The notes beneath the pieces are model-generated. The model searched no databases. It saw only the letters and a program-made list of their open reading frames with translations, and was not told the DNA's origin. This document shows, piece after piece, positions 19,048-29,275 of a stretch of DNA of 55,408 bases. A program made the position numbers and the translations under genes. The DNA comes from Spirochaetota bacterium (lineage in GTDB: Bacteria; Spirochaetota; UBA4802; UBA5550). The DNA is taken from positions 1-55,408 of the forward strand of contig JBBRFT010000002.1 of NCBI GenBank assembly GCA_038241375.1, given 5' to 3'. The number at the start of each line of letters is the position of its first letter. Position 1 is the stretch's first letter.

Positions 19048-19309
19048 AAGTTTTATCTCCTAAAATAAAGATAACAAATTTTAAGCATCCATTACTTAAA
19101 ATATAATATCACAATTTATGTTAATAGTAAATAATCCTTTTAATCTCGACAACATTTTTTTTATTTTTTATCGAAATTAATATATATATTACATTTAAAA
19201 TCATTTGTTATGTCACTTCACATTAAAAAAGATATTTTTTTACCCGACGACACAATAATTTGTTGTTGAAATTATTACTGATTCAATAAAGACTTAATTA
19301 TAATATAAT

Positions 19310-19528
19310 ATGGAGTCTAGTATGAATGAATTTTCTCACACTATAATAAAATATCTTCTCATCATTTTTCTTATCTATATTACCTTAAAATTTATTCTTC
19401 CGATGATTCTTCAGCTTATAGGAGTAGTTCTAATTTTTATTATTAAGATAGTAATGTGGGTGGGGATAATTGCTGTTCTTTATCTGCTGGGAAATTTTAT
19501 GTACCAGTCATACAAAAATAATGGTTGA
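19310..19528 (+). CDS. Small two-TM membrane protein
   Basis: 72 aa, hydrophobic, upstream of and co-directional with PBP1A. GGAG lies just upstream of the start. Confidence 0.4.
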   Translation: MESSMNEFSHTIIKYLLIIFLIYITLKFILPMILQLIGVVLIFIIKIVMWVGIIAVLYLLGNFMYQSYKNNG

Positions 19529-19584
19529 TTAATGAACTCTCATTTTTATTTTAGCAGATACTGTAACAATCTTTTGAATACCGC

Positions 19585-21972
19585 ATGGAAATTATGGACA
19601 TAAAAGAAAAAGTATTAAAGATCGAAAAAATTGCTCTTATTCTTGTGGCTATCTGTTCAGTCACTGGCGGCCTGGTATTCGGCTATATAACATCTGAGAT
19701 AAAGAATTTTTCAGGTATTCATAATCTTAAAAAATTCCAGCCAAGTATACCGACCCGATTATACGATGTTAACGGCGAACTTATAGCAGAGCTTTATCAG
19801 GAAAAACGAGATCTTGTTACTTTCGACCAGCTCCCCCGCACTCTTATAAACGCTTTTCTCGCTCAAGAGGATAAAGACTTCTACGAGCATTTCGGCATTA
19901 ATCCCACAGCAATTTTGAGAGCTATGGTTAAAAATGTTATAGCTTCCGTTAAATCCTTCAGTCCGACTATTGCTCAGGGGGGGTCAACTATAACTCAGCA
20001 GCTGGCCAAACAGCTTTTTACTGAAAGTGAAAGAACATTTGCGAGAAAGGCTCTTGAAGCAATCCTTGCGCTCCAGATAGAAAAGAAATTTTCCAAGGAA
20101 GAGATTCTTGAAATATACTTTAACCAGATTTATCTCGGACACGGCTGTCATGGTATAGCTACTGCTTCTAAATTCTTTTTTAATAAAGAAGTAAAACATA
20201 TGTCTCTTATCGAAGGGAGCGTCCTTTCGGCACTGCCGTCTAAACCGACGGGATATTCTCCTCTTAGGTATCCGCGTGAAGCTCATGAGAAAAATAGAGA
20301 CACTTTGACGCGAATGGTCAATGCGGGATACCTTACAGAAGCACGTTCCAATGAAATTTTTGAGGCTTTCTGGCCCCCGTTTGTAGAATCACTAAGAACA
20401 GAATTCCCGACAAAAACAGCTATGTCACAAGACGAAGACAACGCTCCCTATTTTACAGATTATGTTCGACAGATTCTTGATGCCCGTTTCGGAAAAGACC
20501 TCATGTATAATGAGGGTCTTACAGTATATACAACTCTCAACCTGAAACGTCAAAGAATCGCTCAGAAATATATGAGTGAAGGGCTTATTGAACAGGATAA
20601 AGTCTCTACCCGGATGAATAATTTTTATAACGGCGCAGTGGATCGAAGTCTTTTCGGAGCATACAGTGAACTCCGTCTGATTTTCAATCTCCCCTCAGTC
20701 GTTATTGTGAACGATATTGATACTCAATTTAAAAAGACAATGGTTGAAAACGTTATCGATTCCATGGAGATTCTAACTCTCTTATCAGATGCACCTGCAA
20801 ATTATAATATTGTTGAGGCTTTTAGAACGCAGATTTCCGGAATCTCCTCAGCAATGAAAGTCGAAGGGGCTTTTATCGCCGTGGAACCACCCACAGGATA
20901 TATAACATCAATGGTAGGTGGGTCTGAATTTCAGGTATCAAACCAGTATAACAGAGCTGCCCAGGCAAGAAGACAGCCGGGTTCTTCTTTTAAGCCTTTT
21001 GTTTACGGTTCGGCAATTTTTAATAAAGTAATAAGTACCGCAACAGTACTCCCTGACGTTCCTATAATCGATATCGACGCAGCAGGCTCAACATGGTCAC
21101 CGGACAATTACGAGGGGGATTTTTCAGGAATGGTAAACATCCAGAAAGCTCTCGCTCAGTCAATAAACATTATTTCTATAAGAATTTTTGACCTCGTGGG
21201 GGCAGATGGTGTAATTGATTACGCATCTAATATGCTTAAAATTCCCGAAACTAGATTTACACCAGGTCCGGCATTAGCCCTGGGAACTGTAGAAGTTACA
21301 CCTCTGGAAATGGCAACAGGTTACGCAATTTACGCTAATAGAGGTCGTGACGTTATTCCATTCGCAATACGTTATGTTATTGATAGGGACGGCAATGAGC
21401 TTGTAAATATTGAAGAGGAAGTGGGAAATATCATAGCGACCAAAGAGATAGAAGGGACTATACAGGTTATCCCCGAATCGGTTGCCTATATTATGACAGA
21501 CCTTATGCGGAATGTTGTAGATCACGGAACACCTTCATACGCAATTAGAAATCAGGCCGGTTTCACCAAAAGTGCTGCTGGTAAAACAGGTACAACCCAG
21601 AACTGGACGGATGCATGGTTCTGCGGTTATACACCCGATATAGCTGCTGTGGTATGGCTCGGATATGATAAATCTTTCATGACACTGGGAAAAGGACAGT
21701 CCGCAGCGGGAATAGCTGCGCCGATTTGGGGTTACTATATGAGAGATGCTTATAACGGAATGCCGGATCCGGTATTTGCGGCCCGACCCGCCGATGTCGA
21801 AGGAAAAGGCGTCTGCTGGTATACAGGTTTAATACCCGGACCAAATTGTAAAAAAATATCAGGCGGTATCGGTCTCAAAGGGAGCGGAGCAAATAAGGTT
21901 TGTGATGGAAATCACTATGAAATGAAGACTGTTCTTGAAAGATACATGGAAAAAGAAGGATTGACAGAATAG
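19585..21972 (+). CDS. Bifunctional class A penicillin-binding protein (PBP1A-type)
   Basis: 795 aa. Glycosyltransferase-51 motifs EDKDFYEHFG and GGSTITQQL; transpeptidase motifs SSFKPF and KTGTT. Confidence 0.92.
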   Translation: MEIMDIKEKVLKIEKIALILVAICSVTGGLVFGYITSEIKNFSGIHNLKKFQPSIPTRLYDVNGELIAELYQEKRDLVTFDQLPRTLINAFLAQEDKDFYEHFGINPTAILRAMVKNVIASVKSFSPTIAQGGSTITQQLAKQLFTESERTFARKALEAILALQIEKKFSKEEILEIYFNQIYLGHGCHGIATASKFFFNKEVKHMSLIEGSVLSALPSKPTGYSPLRYPREAHEKNRDTLTRMVNAGYLTEARSNEIFEAFWPPFVESLRTEFPTKTAMSQDEDNAPYFTDYVRQILDARFGKDLMYNEGLTVYTTLNLKRQRIAQKYMSEGLIEQDKVSTRMNNFYNGAVDRSLFGAYSELRLIFNLPSVVIVNDIDTQFKKTMVENVIDSMEILTLLSDAPANYNIVEAFRTQISGISSAMKVEGAFIAVEPPTGYITSMVGGSEFQVSNQYNRAAQARRQPGSSFKPFVYGSAIFNKVISTATVLPDVPIIDIDAAGSTWSPDNYEGDFSGMVNIQKALAQSINIISIRIFDLVGADGVIDYASNMLKIPETRFTPGPALALGTVEVTPLEMATGYAIYANRGRDVIPFAIRYVIDRDGNELVNIEEEVGNIIATKEIEGTIQVIPESVAYIMTDLMRNVVDHGTPSYAIRNQAGFTKSAAGKTGTTQNWTDAWFCGYTPDIAAVVWLGYDKSFMTLGKGQSAAGIAAPIWGYYMRDAYNGMPDPVFAARPADVEGKGVCWYTGLIPGPNCKKISGGIGLKGSGANKVCDGNHYEMKTVLERYMEKEGLTE

Positions 21973-21987
21973 CGATAAATTCATTTA

Positions 21988-22016
21988 TTGACATTTCTTT
22001 TTATTCTGTGTAAGTT
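21988..22016 (+). promoter_or_regulatory. Sigma-70-like promoter of carD
   Basis: TTGACA (21988-21993), 17-nt spacer, TAAGTT (22011-22016). Confidence 0.5.
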
Positions 22017-22082
22017 GTTCTCAAATTCTTAATGAAATTATTATTTCTCGTTTATTATGAGAAATAAACTAGGAGTTCCAGA

Positions 22083-22580
22083 ATGTTCAATGTTGGTGAT
22101 AAAATCGTATATCCCATGCATGGTGTGGGTGAAATTGAAGGAATTGAGAAAAAAGTCGTTCTCGGAAAGAGAAACGAATACTATATGATTACAATTATCA
22201 GCAACGGTATGAAAGTTATGATACCTGTAAGTAATGCTAAAGAGATAGGAATAAGAAGTATTATTCCTAAAAAAGATATAAAAAAAGTTATGGCTATTCT
22301 TGCCACTGAAGCAGAAGCAATAGAAGAAGACTGGAAACTCCGTTATCAGAATAACATAGACAAAGTTAAAAGCGGTTCCATATATGAAGTAGCTGAAGTT
22401 GCCCGGGATCTTTTTAAAAGGGGGAGCGAAAAAGAACTATCAATAATGGAAAGAAAACTTTACGAAAATGCCTATCAGCTGATTACATATGAAGTGGCTA
22501 TGTCCAAAAGTATTGCCATTGATGAAGCTGGAAATATAGTTTCCGAAGCTCTTTCTTCCGGTTTTAAGGAAGAGGAATAA
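22083..22580 (+). CDS. carD: CarD/CdnL family transcriptional regulator
   Basis: 165 aa. The N-terminal [21 protein letters not shown] is the CarD_CdnL_TRCF Tudor-like domain. Confidence 0.9.
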   Translation: MFNVGDKIVYPMHGVGEIEGIEKKVVLGKRNEYYMITIISNGMKVMIPVSNAKEIGIRSIIPKKDIKKVMAILATEAEAIEEDWKLRYQNNIDKVKSGSIYEVAEVARDLFKRGSEKELSIMERKLYENAYQLITYEVAMSKSIAIDEAGNIVSEALSSGFKEEE

Positions 22581-22750
22581 CCCTCAGATCCTCAATTCCG
22601 GAACCGGCTTTAATTATCGGTTCATCTTCATTATTACGCCCCTGTCTGACGGGTTACTTTTCTATTATTTATTAAACAAAAAAATACTTTTTGCTTCATA
22701 TTTATATTATTTATAATACTTATTATTGTTTTTTAATCAGGAGTCACATT

Positions 22751-23755
22751 ATGTTAATAATTATTTTCAGAACTCTTTTTATAATTACATCCGTTATATT
22801 CACAACACTATTTTACTCTTCTTTTTCTATGACAGCTATCCTCATAGCCGCAAGTATCGCCGGATTGATTGCCCTAGGTATAATAATCATAATAGAATAT
22901 GTTTCACACAGCTTCCAGTCAAGACAGCTCCTCTCTGCAATAGCGGGTCTTTTAATCGGACTGATTGCCGCACATCTGATTGTAACTGGAGTTAATTCAA
23001 TCGAACTCGATATTATAAAAAAATATTCCGGGATAATAAAACCTCTTCTGTATCACATTTCAGGCTTTGCCGTAATGATGTTTTTCCTTATTAATCATGA
23101 AGATATTAGTTTTCTGGACAAAATTATTGCAACGAGTGTCAAAGATTCAGATGTACTGATTCCATATAAAATTCTTGATACAAGTGTTATTATTGACGGA
23201 CGTATTGCTGATATCTGTGATACCGGTTTTCTTGAGGGAATTCTTGTAATACCTACTTTTGTACTTAACGAGCTTCAGATGATTGCAGATTCAGCTGATT
23301 CAATTAAAAGAAACAGAGGACGACGCGGACTCGATATTCTGAACAAGATGCAGAAGGATCAATCAATTATGGTAAAGATCTCAGATATGGATTTTAAGGA
23401 TATTCCCGAGGTTGATGCCAAACTTGTTCAGCTTGCAAAAGTTATGAAAGCGAAAGTTATAACTAATGATTTCAATTTAAATAAAGTTGCCGAATTCCAT
23501 GGTGTTGATGTTCTAAATATCAATCTTCTTTCAAATTCATTAAAACCTATCGTTCTCCCCGGTGAAGAGATGCGCGTACTCCTTGTTAAGGAAGGTAAGG
23601 ATTCAAACCAGGCTATCGGTTATCTTGATGACGGAACAATGGTTGTTGTTGAAAACGGACGAAGAAGAATGAATGATGAGGTTGATGTTACAGTTACCTC
23701 CGTACTTCAGACTACTGCGGGAAGGATGATTTTTACGAGACTTAAAGAAGATTAA
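22751..23755 (+). CDS. Membrane-anchored PIN + TRAM domain protein (YacL-like)
   Basis: N-terminal TM helices, PIN core ([13 protein letters not shown] ... [11 protein letters not shown]), C-terminal TRAM-like beta domain. The start is set to the ATG at 22751, with CAGGAG 7 nt upstream. Confidence 0.8.
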   Translation: MLIIIFRTLFIITSVIFTTLFYSSFSMTAILIAASIAGLIALGIIIIIEYVSHSFQSRQLLSAIAGLLIGLIAAHLIVTGVNSIELDIIKKYSGIIKPLLYHISGFAVMMFFLINHEDISFLDKIIATSVKDSDVLIPYKILDTSVIIDGRIADICDTGFLEGILVIPTFVLNELQMIADSADSIKRNRGRRGLDILNKMQKDQSIMVKISDMDFKDIPEVDAKLVQLAKVMKAKVITNDFNLNKVAEFHGVDVLNINLLSNSLKPIVLPGEEMRVLLVKEGKDSNQAIGYLDDGTMVVVENGRRRMNDEVDVTVTSVLQTTAGRMIFTRLKED

Positions 23756-23769
23756 CAGAGGAAGATGTA

Positions 23770-24327
23770 TTGAACCTTCTTGCTATAACAGGAAGTCCAC
23801 GGAAAAAAAGTTTCTCGACTAAACTGCACAATAATTTTTTAGATCCATTTATAAAAAATGGATCTAAAATTGACATAATTAACTGCTACGACATAGAAAT
23901 TAAACCATGCACCGCATGCGGCAGCTGTAAAAATGAACCCCTTTGTATTTTCGATGATTCCATGACTGAAATTTATAATCTAATAAAAAATGCCGACATC
24001 ATTTCTATATCTTCACCTCTCTATTTTTCATCTTTCCCGGGACCTTTGAAATCACTCATAGACAGATGCCAGTTGTTATGGGAAGAGAACCGTAGAAATA
24101 ATATTAAAATAAAAGAGAAAAAAGGATTCTTTTTCTGCACAGCCGGTTCTGACTATAATGATATTTTTTTAAGTGTCCTCACTGGAGTAAGACATTTTTA
24201 TAACTCAATTAATACCTCATTTAATCATGAGGAGGCTGTGCTGATTAAAAACTGTGATTTAATAGAAAAAATATCTCCCGAAATATTAGAAAAATGCCGT
24301 ATGCTTGGAGCAAAATATACCGATTAA
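23770..24327 (+). CDS. Iron-sulfur flavoprotein / NADPH-dependent FMN reductase-like protein
   Basis: 185 aa with a TTG start and GAGGAAG upstream. GSPRK flavodoxin-like N-terminus. The compact Cys motif CTACGSCKNEPLC (C-x2-C-x2-C-x5-C) is typical of Isf proteins. Confidence 0.7.
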   Translation: MNLLAITGSPRKKSFSTKLHNNFLDPFIKNGSKIDIINCYDIEIKPCTACGSCKNEPLCIFDDSMTEIYNLIKNADIISISSPLYFSSFPGPLKSLIDRCQLLWEENRRNNIKIKEKKGFFFCTAGSDYNDIFLSVLTGVRHFYNSINTSFNHEEAVLIKNCDLIEKISPEILEKCRMLGAKYTD

Positions 24328-24376
24328 TAAATAATATATAAATTTTAAAAACTCCAGGGAAACAGGCTTTAAATCT

Positions 24377-25651
24377 ATGAGACTAATTGCCGCTGTAACT
24401 CTTAAAATGAAGAAAGTCATACTCCCTCAGTTTATATCAACACTCTACAAACATAATATCGATATTAATATGATCAACCTTACCGAATCAGACGGCAAAT
24501 GGGAGGATTATTCAATTGAGATTATCTATTCAGCCAAGAAAGATCTGATCCGTCTTATTGATACTCTCAAAAAAAATGGAGAGTATTTTCAGAATATAAC
24601 TGTTACAAGTACTCTGGAAGATAAAATTAAAGGTGGAATATTAACAATATCAAGTAAATTAGAAATAGAAAATATTAATGATATCTCAACTTCTCTGATA
24701 GGTGCAAATAAACTTATTCATGAAAAAATCGATTCCGGTTTACAAAGCAGCTATTGTGCAAGTTTCAAAAGTATTGCACTTATAAGTGGAATAAAAATTG
24801 CTAACAGCGAAGACAATAGCCGCTATTATCATCTATATGCTGATTCAGAGAGAGACTCCGTTCTTATTGCAAGATTTACTGGTAAAAATGCCTTTCCCCT
24901 TGTCATTAAATATCACTCAATTGAAGACATGATAAAAACAATTAAAGGAATTGAGGAGAATTTTTGCTGTCTACGTATCATGAACAATGATGAAGATGAC
25001 TATCTTTTATCTAATATAATTGATACTGCTTCAAGGCCTCTAATATTTAAAGAGCTCGATGAAAATCCGGTACACTACTTTGCGGTTATCAAGACTCTGA
25101 TAAAAAAATACTCTATAGTTCCCGGAGATACATCTGTGGGAATCATCGGACTTAATAACAGCACAATTAAATTGACGGCTCTCCTTGTAAAATCCGGTTT
25201 TATGAAAGTTCTCGGACATGATACAAATGAACGTCAGATGATGTCATTTGAAAATAAAAAAGGTCTTGCAACCACAATAGAAAACGTAATTTCTAATTGC
25301 GATATTCTCATGATAATGGATGAAAAGATTACTCACGATTATATAGCTGGTTTTAAAGCCGGACAAGTTGTTATTGCCGGAATTACTTCGGATCTGGGTG
25401 ATATTAATTTATTGAACGATAAAGGGGTGAGAGAGTTTATAAAAATTGAAGAAACCGATACACTTTCAATTCTCCCGGCTATGATTAATGCAATAATTGT
25501 AAGCGGAGAGAGACATTTCAGTGATGATATGTTGATAACAATTGCAGAACTTATATCATCTCAGATGCAGAATAAGTACGATCTTCCGGGATTATTCAGT
25601 AGTGATATAAGCAGAGAAATTGAAAGTATGATTCTGAAACAGAAGAATTAG
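24377..25651 (+). CDS. ACT-like domain + malic-enzyme-fold protein with degenerate catalytic and NAD(P) motifs
   Basis: 424 aa, colinear with small prokaryotic malic enzymes as I recall them. GGILTISSKLEIENINDISTSLIGANK corresponds to GK.E..SK......DLSLAYTPGVA. VGIIGLNNSTIK corresponds to the GxGAAG loop. Confidence 0.5.
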   Translation: MRLIAAVTLKMKKVILPQFISTLYKHNIDINMINLTESDGKWEDYSIEIIYSAKKDLIRLIDTLKKNGEYFQNITVTSTLEDKIKGGILTISSKLEIENINDISTSLIGANKLIHEKIDSGLQSSYCASFKSIALISGIKIANSEDNSRYYHLYADSERDSVLIARFTGKNAFPLVIKYHSIEDMIKTIKGIEENFCCLRIMNNDEDDYLLSNIIDTASRPLIFKELDENPVHYFAVIKTLIKKYSIVPGDTSVGIIGLNNSTIKLTALLVKSGFMKVLGHDTNERQMMSFENKKGLATTIENVISNCDILMIMDEKITHDYIAGFKAGQVVIAGITSDLGDINLLNDKGVREFIKIEETDTLSILPAMINAIIVSGERHFSDDMLITIAELISSQMQNKYDLPGLFSSDISREIESMILKQKN

Positions 25652-25655
25652 TTCT

Positions 25656-26432
25656 TTAAAACTCCTTGTTCATCAGAATCCAATTAATATCTTTGAATTC
25701 AAATTTCGAAAAACGGAATTTTTCTTCATTTTTTTCGGGAACAAATACTCCGGTAAGATCCAGACTCGGCATATCTATCAGTTCAAAATCTGAATATTTA
25801 GAAAAAATTCTATTATCAAAAGGAGTAATTCTTATTATTCCGTCTCTGCTGATAACCTCTGTTCCACTATCAAGTACACCGCTTATTTTTTTTGTATCCA
25901 CCTGGAGTATCAGAACTCCATGAAAATTTCCTTCAACATAAACCGGCGATGAAATATATAAAGAATAAACTGATGAAGATGGTGTGATAAAAGAGACATC
26001 ACCAAAATAGACGCCAGTACGATTCATAAAACATTTATAAAGGGGTGATGTTTCAAATCCAATATTAACATTTAATCCGAAAAGACTTTCATTATTATTG
26101 GTATAAATGATATCACCATGCTTGTTTATGAGGATATAATCAAGATAGATCCCTTCAGTAACAGAGTTAATCATTTTTGTTATATCATCTTTTTCAAGGA
26201 GATAGTATTTTTTCCCGCCGGAATCCATTCTACGGAGATGTGTAAGGTGCTGAATTATTTTATACTTTTCAAGGACTGCACCGGCTTTAACCGAGTCAGA
26301 TTCCGATCTTATAAAAAACTTTTCCAGATTCTTAATATTACCGGATTGTGGGACATCAATTTTTACAGGCTCACTGCTACATGAAAGAAAAAATATTGTA
26401 AATAAAATTGCACTTAACCTGTTAATCTTCAT
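25656..26432 (-). CDS. Lipoprotein with Cache/PDC-like sensor fold and no output domain
   Basis: 258 aa. Lipobox FFLSC. LINKHGDIIYTNN and SSPVYVEGNFHGVLILQVD resemble Cache-domain strands. Confidence 0.45.
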   Translation of the reverse strand: MKINRLSAILFTIFFLSCSSEPVKIDVPQSGNIKNLEKFFIRSESDSVKAGAVLEKYKIIQHLTHLRRMDSGGKKYYLLEKDDITKMINSVTEGIYLDYILINKHGDIIYTNNNESLFGLNVNIGFETSPLYKCFMNRTGVYFGDVSFITPSSSVYSLYISSPVYVEGNFHGVLILQVDTKKISGVLDSGTEVISRDGIIRITPFDNRIFSKYSDFELIDMPSLDLTGVFVPEKNEEKFRFSKFEFKDINWILMNKEF

Positions 26433-26573
26433 TAATTCCCGCCGAATAATTCATCGTATAATATCTTATCGTAATATACGATTACAGTCTTTAACGGTTA
26501 TTCTTTAATACATAGTGTAAAGGATAAAAAAGGGTGCCCTGAACAGTTTCCACTCTACGATCAATCTTCAAGT

Positions 26574-28865
26574 TTAATTCATTTTCTGCAGTGGTGTATA
26601 TTTTTCCATAAAGACACGTCTTGTTACACCGAAACTTATGGTAAGCTTAATATTGTCCCCCGTACCTTCGATGCTCACTATTCTGCCGGTTCCGAATTTC
26701 GGATGCATTATACTCTCTTTTACAGAGAATTTAGATCCGCTTTCATCATTTTCACTCTTTCTTTCGGTAAACAGTTCATCTACATATGACTCTTTCTCTT
26801 TACTCTGAAACTGACTTTGACTCTGCGCCGCATTATCTGTTTTATTTGCCACATACTGTCTGTCTTCATTATTCCTGTAGTTATTACGGAAACTGTTTTC
26901 GCCGCCTCCATATCCCTGTGAAACATAGCTTATTCTGTTAATAAACTCCCATGGCATTTCATCGATAAAACGTGAGGGCATTTTATTTTCAGGACCTGCA
27001 TAGCTTCTGCGAAGCTCGGCATTAGTGAGATAAATTCTGTCCATTGCTCTTGTAATACCAACATAGCAGAGGCGTCTCTCCTCCTCAATCCCCTGATCGG
27101 TATCGAGTGAAAATTTATGAGGGATAGTCCCCTCCTCCATACCTGTAAGGAAAACTACCGGGAATTCAAGACCCTTCGCATTATGTACAGTCATGAGAGT
27201 TACGCAGTCTGTCTTTTCATCGGGATTCTCTTCAGGATTCTGTTCCGATGTATAAAGTGCAATATCCTGAATAAACTGTTCCGGTGTTGCATCAGGCTCG
27301 GACTGTTCGTAATCGAATATACTGTTTATAAGTTCATCTATGTTATCGATGCGGGAGTTGCTCTCCATTGTATTTTCTTCTCTTAGGCTTTCACGATAAC
27401 CGGTTACATCTACAAGATTTTTCATAAAGCTTGAGAGTTTAATCCTCGATGGAATCTGAACAGTCTCTTTCAGAAGCTTATCAATTATTTTCCTGAAGTC
27501 ATCGAGCCCCTTAGGAACACGACCGGTCATAAGCTCGTCCTGTATCACTTTCCATTCACTTATATTTTGTTCTTTGGAAATTTCTGAAATTCTGTCCTGG
27601 GAAGCTTTACCGATTCCCCGAGCCGGCGTATTTATAATACGGAAAAGCGCAATTGAATCGGCAGGGTTAACAAGAAATTTCAGGTAAGCCAGTATATCCT
27701 TTATCTCTTTCCGCTCATAGAACTTCTGTCCGCCGATGATACGGTAGGGGAGCCTCTCTCTCCTTAAAAAATCTTCAAAAATTCTCGACTGAGCATTAGT
27801 CCGGTAGAAAATTGCGAAATCATGATTTTTAAAATTTTCCTTCGATTTGAGCGATACAATTGTGTTTACTACAAATTCACCCTCACCATATTCATTGTTT
27901 GTCTTACACCATGTAAGGGGCTCGCCATCTCCGCGAAATGCTTTTATATCTTTTTCTTTTCTTGTTTCATTATGTTTGATTATCGAATGGGCAGCATCGA
28001 GAATCTGCTTAGTAGACCGGTAATTCTCTTCAAGAGTAATTACTTTAGTTGTATCGTAATCCTTTTCGAAATTGAGAATATTCTTTATGTCGGCGCCGCG
28101 CCATGAGTATATGGACTGATCGTCGTCACCCACAACACAGATATTTTTTGTTGCCGACGATAAATATTTTGCAATAAGATACTGGGAGTAGTTTGTATCC
28201 TGATACTCATCTATCATAAAATATCGCCACATGCGCTGCATCTCCGCCAGAGCCGATGGAGATTTTCGAAGCAGATCAACGGTCTTGCAGAGAAGGTCAT
28301 TAAAATCGAGCGCGTTATTCTCTGCCATCTTCTGCTGATACTGACTGAATATCTCGACAAAATTAAAAGAGAAATTATCTGGAAGAAGTGAATTTACATC
28401 CGCCCCGTCAAGATATGCTTCCTTATCTTTTATCTCTGAAATTTTAGAAGAGATCATTGAGGGTTTAACTTTTTTCGGATCGAGTCTCATAGAGATAAGA
28501 ATCCGCTTGATTACATCCTCCTGATCTCCGCCATCGTAAATGGTAAAATTTCTTGTTAAACCTATATCTTCACCAAATCGTCTTAGTATGTAAACAGCAG
28601 CAGAATGAAATGTTTTAACAAAAACACTGTTCCCCTGAGGACCCACAATTTTCATTACTCTGTTTCTCATCTCTTCAGCAGCTTTGTTAGTAAATGTTAC
28701 CGCAAAGATATGATAAGGCTTAACGCCATTTGCAATGAGATGAGCAATTCTGTGGGTGATTACCCGTGTTTTACCGGAACCGGCACCGGCCAGAATAAGG
28801 AGAGGTCCGTCAGTATGAAGAACCGCCTCTTTCTGATTATCATTAAGATTTTTTAGAAGATCCAT
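26574..28865 (-). CDS. pcrA: ATP-dependent DNA helicase PcrA/UvrD
   Basis: 763 aa. AGAGSGKT, DEYQDTN, VGDDDQSIYSWRGA, TVHNAKGLEF and LCYVGITRA, plus the C-terminal Tudor-like HPKFGTGRIVS. Confidence 0.93.
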   Translation of the reverse strand: MDLLKNLNDNQKEAVLHTDGPLLILAGAGSGKTRVITHRIAHLIANGVKPYHIFAVTFTNKAAEEMRNRVMKIVGPQGNSVFVKTFHSAAVYILRRFGEDIGLTRNFTIYDGGDQEDVIKRILISMRLDPKKVKPSMISSKISEIKDKEAYLDGADVNSLLPDNFSFNFVEIFSQYQQKMAENNALDFNDLLCKTVDLLRKSPSALAEMQRMWRYFMIDEYQDTNYSQYLIAKYLSSATKNICVVGDDDQSIYSWRGADIKNILNFEKDYDTTKVITLEENYRSTKQILDAAHSIIKHNETRKEKDIKAFRGDGEPLTWCKTNNEYGEGEFVVNTIVSLKSKENFKNHDFAIFYRTNAQSRIFEDFLRRERLPYRIIGGQKFYERKEIKDILAYLKFLVNPADSIALFRIINTPARGIGKASQDRISEISKEQNISEWKVIQDELMTGRVPKGLDDFRKIIDKLLKETVQIPSRIKLSSFMKNLVDVTGYRESLREENTMESNSRIDNIDELINSIFDYEQSEPDATPEQFIQDIALYTSEQNPEENPDEKTDCVTLMTVHNAKGLEFPVVFLTGMEEGTIPHKFSLDTDQGIEEERRLCYVGITRAMDRIYLTNAELRRSYAGPENKMPSRFIDEMPWEFINRISYVSQGYGGGENSFRNNYRNNEDRQYVANKTDNAAQSQSQFQSKEKESYVDELFTERKSENDESGSKFSVKESIMHPKFGTGRIVSIEGTGDNIKLTISFGVTRRVFMEKYTPLQKMN

Positions 28866-29275
28866 TATTATTTCCTGAGTTATTATTAATCTGATTTCCG
28901 GAGAAACAGGTTATTGTAGAATATGATTATATTCTACGGAATAAGTTATTCGAGGAGTAAAGCAGATTTATATGTATATGGGCAAGTTAATATTTTTGGA
29001 AAATTTAAAAAAAACATCGGTTCAAAAGTAATTGTTGATTCCAGAGGGAAGTTCTTTGATGATCAGCTAGTTTTAAGACCACTAAGTAAGTTGAACATTG
29101 ATGCCGATATTTATATAAATCTTTATTCAGCACGATTTTAATTATTTACTTAAAATTCAATGTAATAGTATAAATATAAAATCCTTGACTATTTAAGAAA
29201 AAATAGGCTTCTTTAAAAAGAAGTGAAAAAACGATTTTGCAAATGAAATTTTTATTTAAGAGGCAGGTTATTAAA

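Noticed and set aside
22691-22750. Upstream extensions in the ORF track, here and at 7717..7752, 49018..49032, 3846..3869 and 29237..29275.
   Set aside because: Internal ATGs preceded by good SD sequences give N-termini that match the expected signal peptides or family N-termini. Several of the tracked starts are TTG codons with no SD.
22751-23755. PIN-domain protein as a toxin of a toxin-antitoxin or defence module.
   Set aside because: The membrane anchor plus C-terminal TRAM architecture, and the position after carD, fit the conserved housekeeping YacL-type protein. No antitoxin-sized partner is present.
26574-28865. UvrD-family helicase as part of a defence system.
   Set aside because: It has the full PcrA motif set and the C-terminal Tudor-like domain. 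There is no nuclease, methylase or other defence partner nearby, so it is housekeeping repair.
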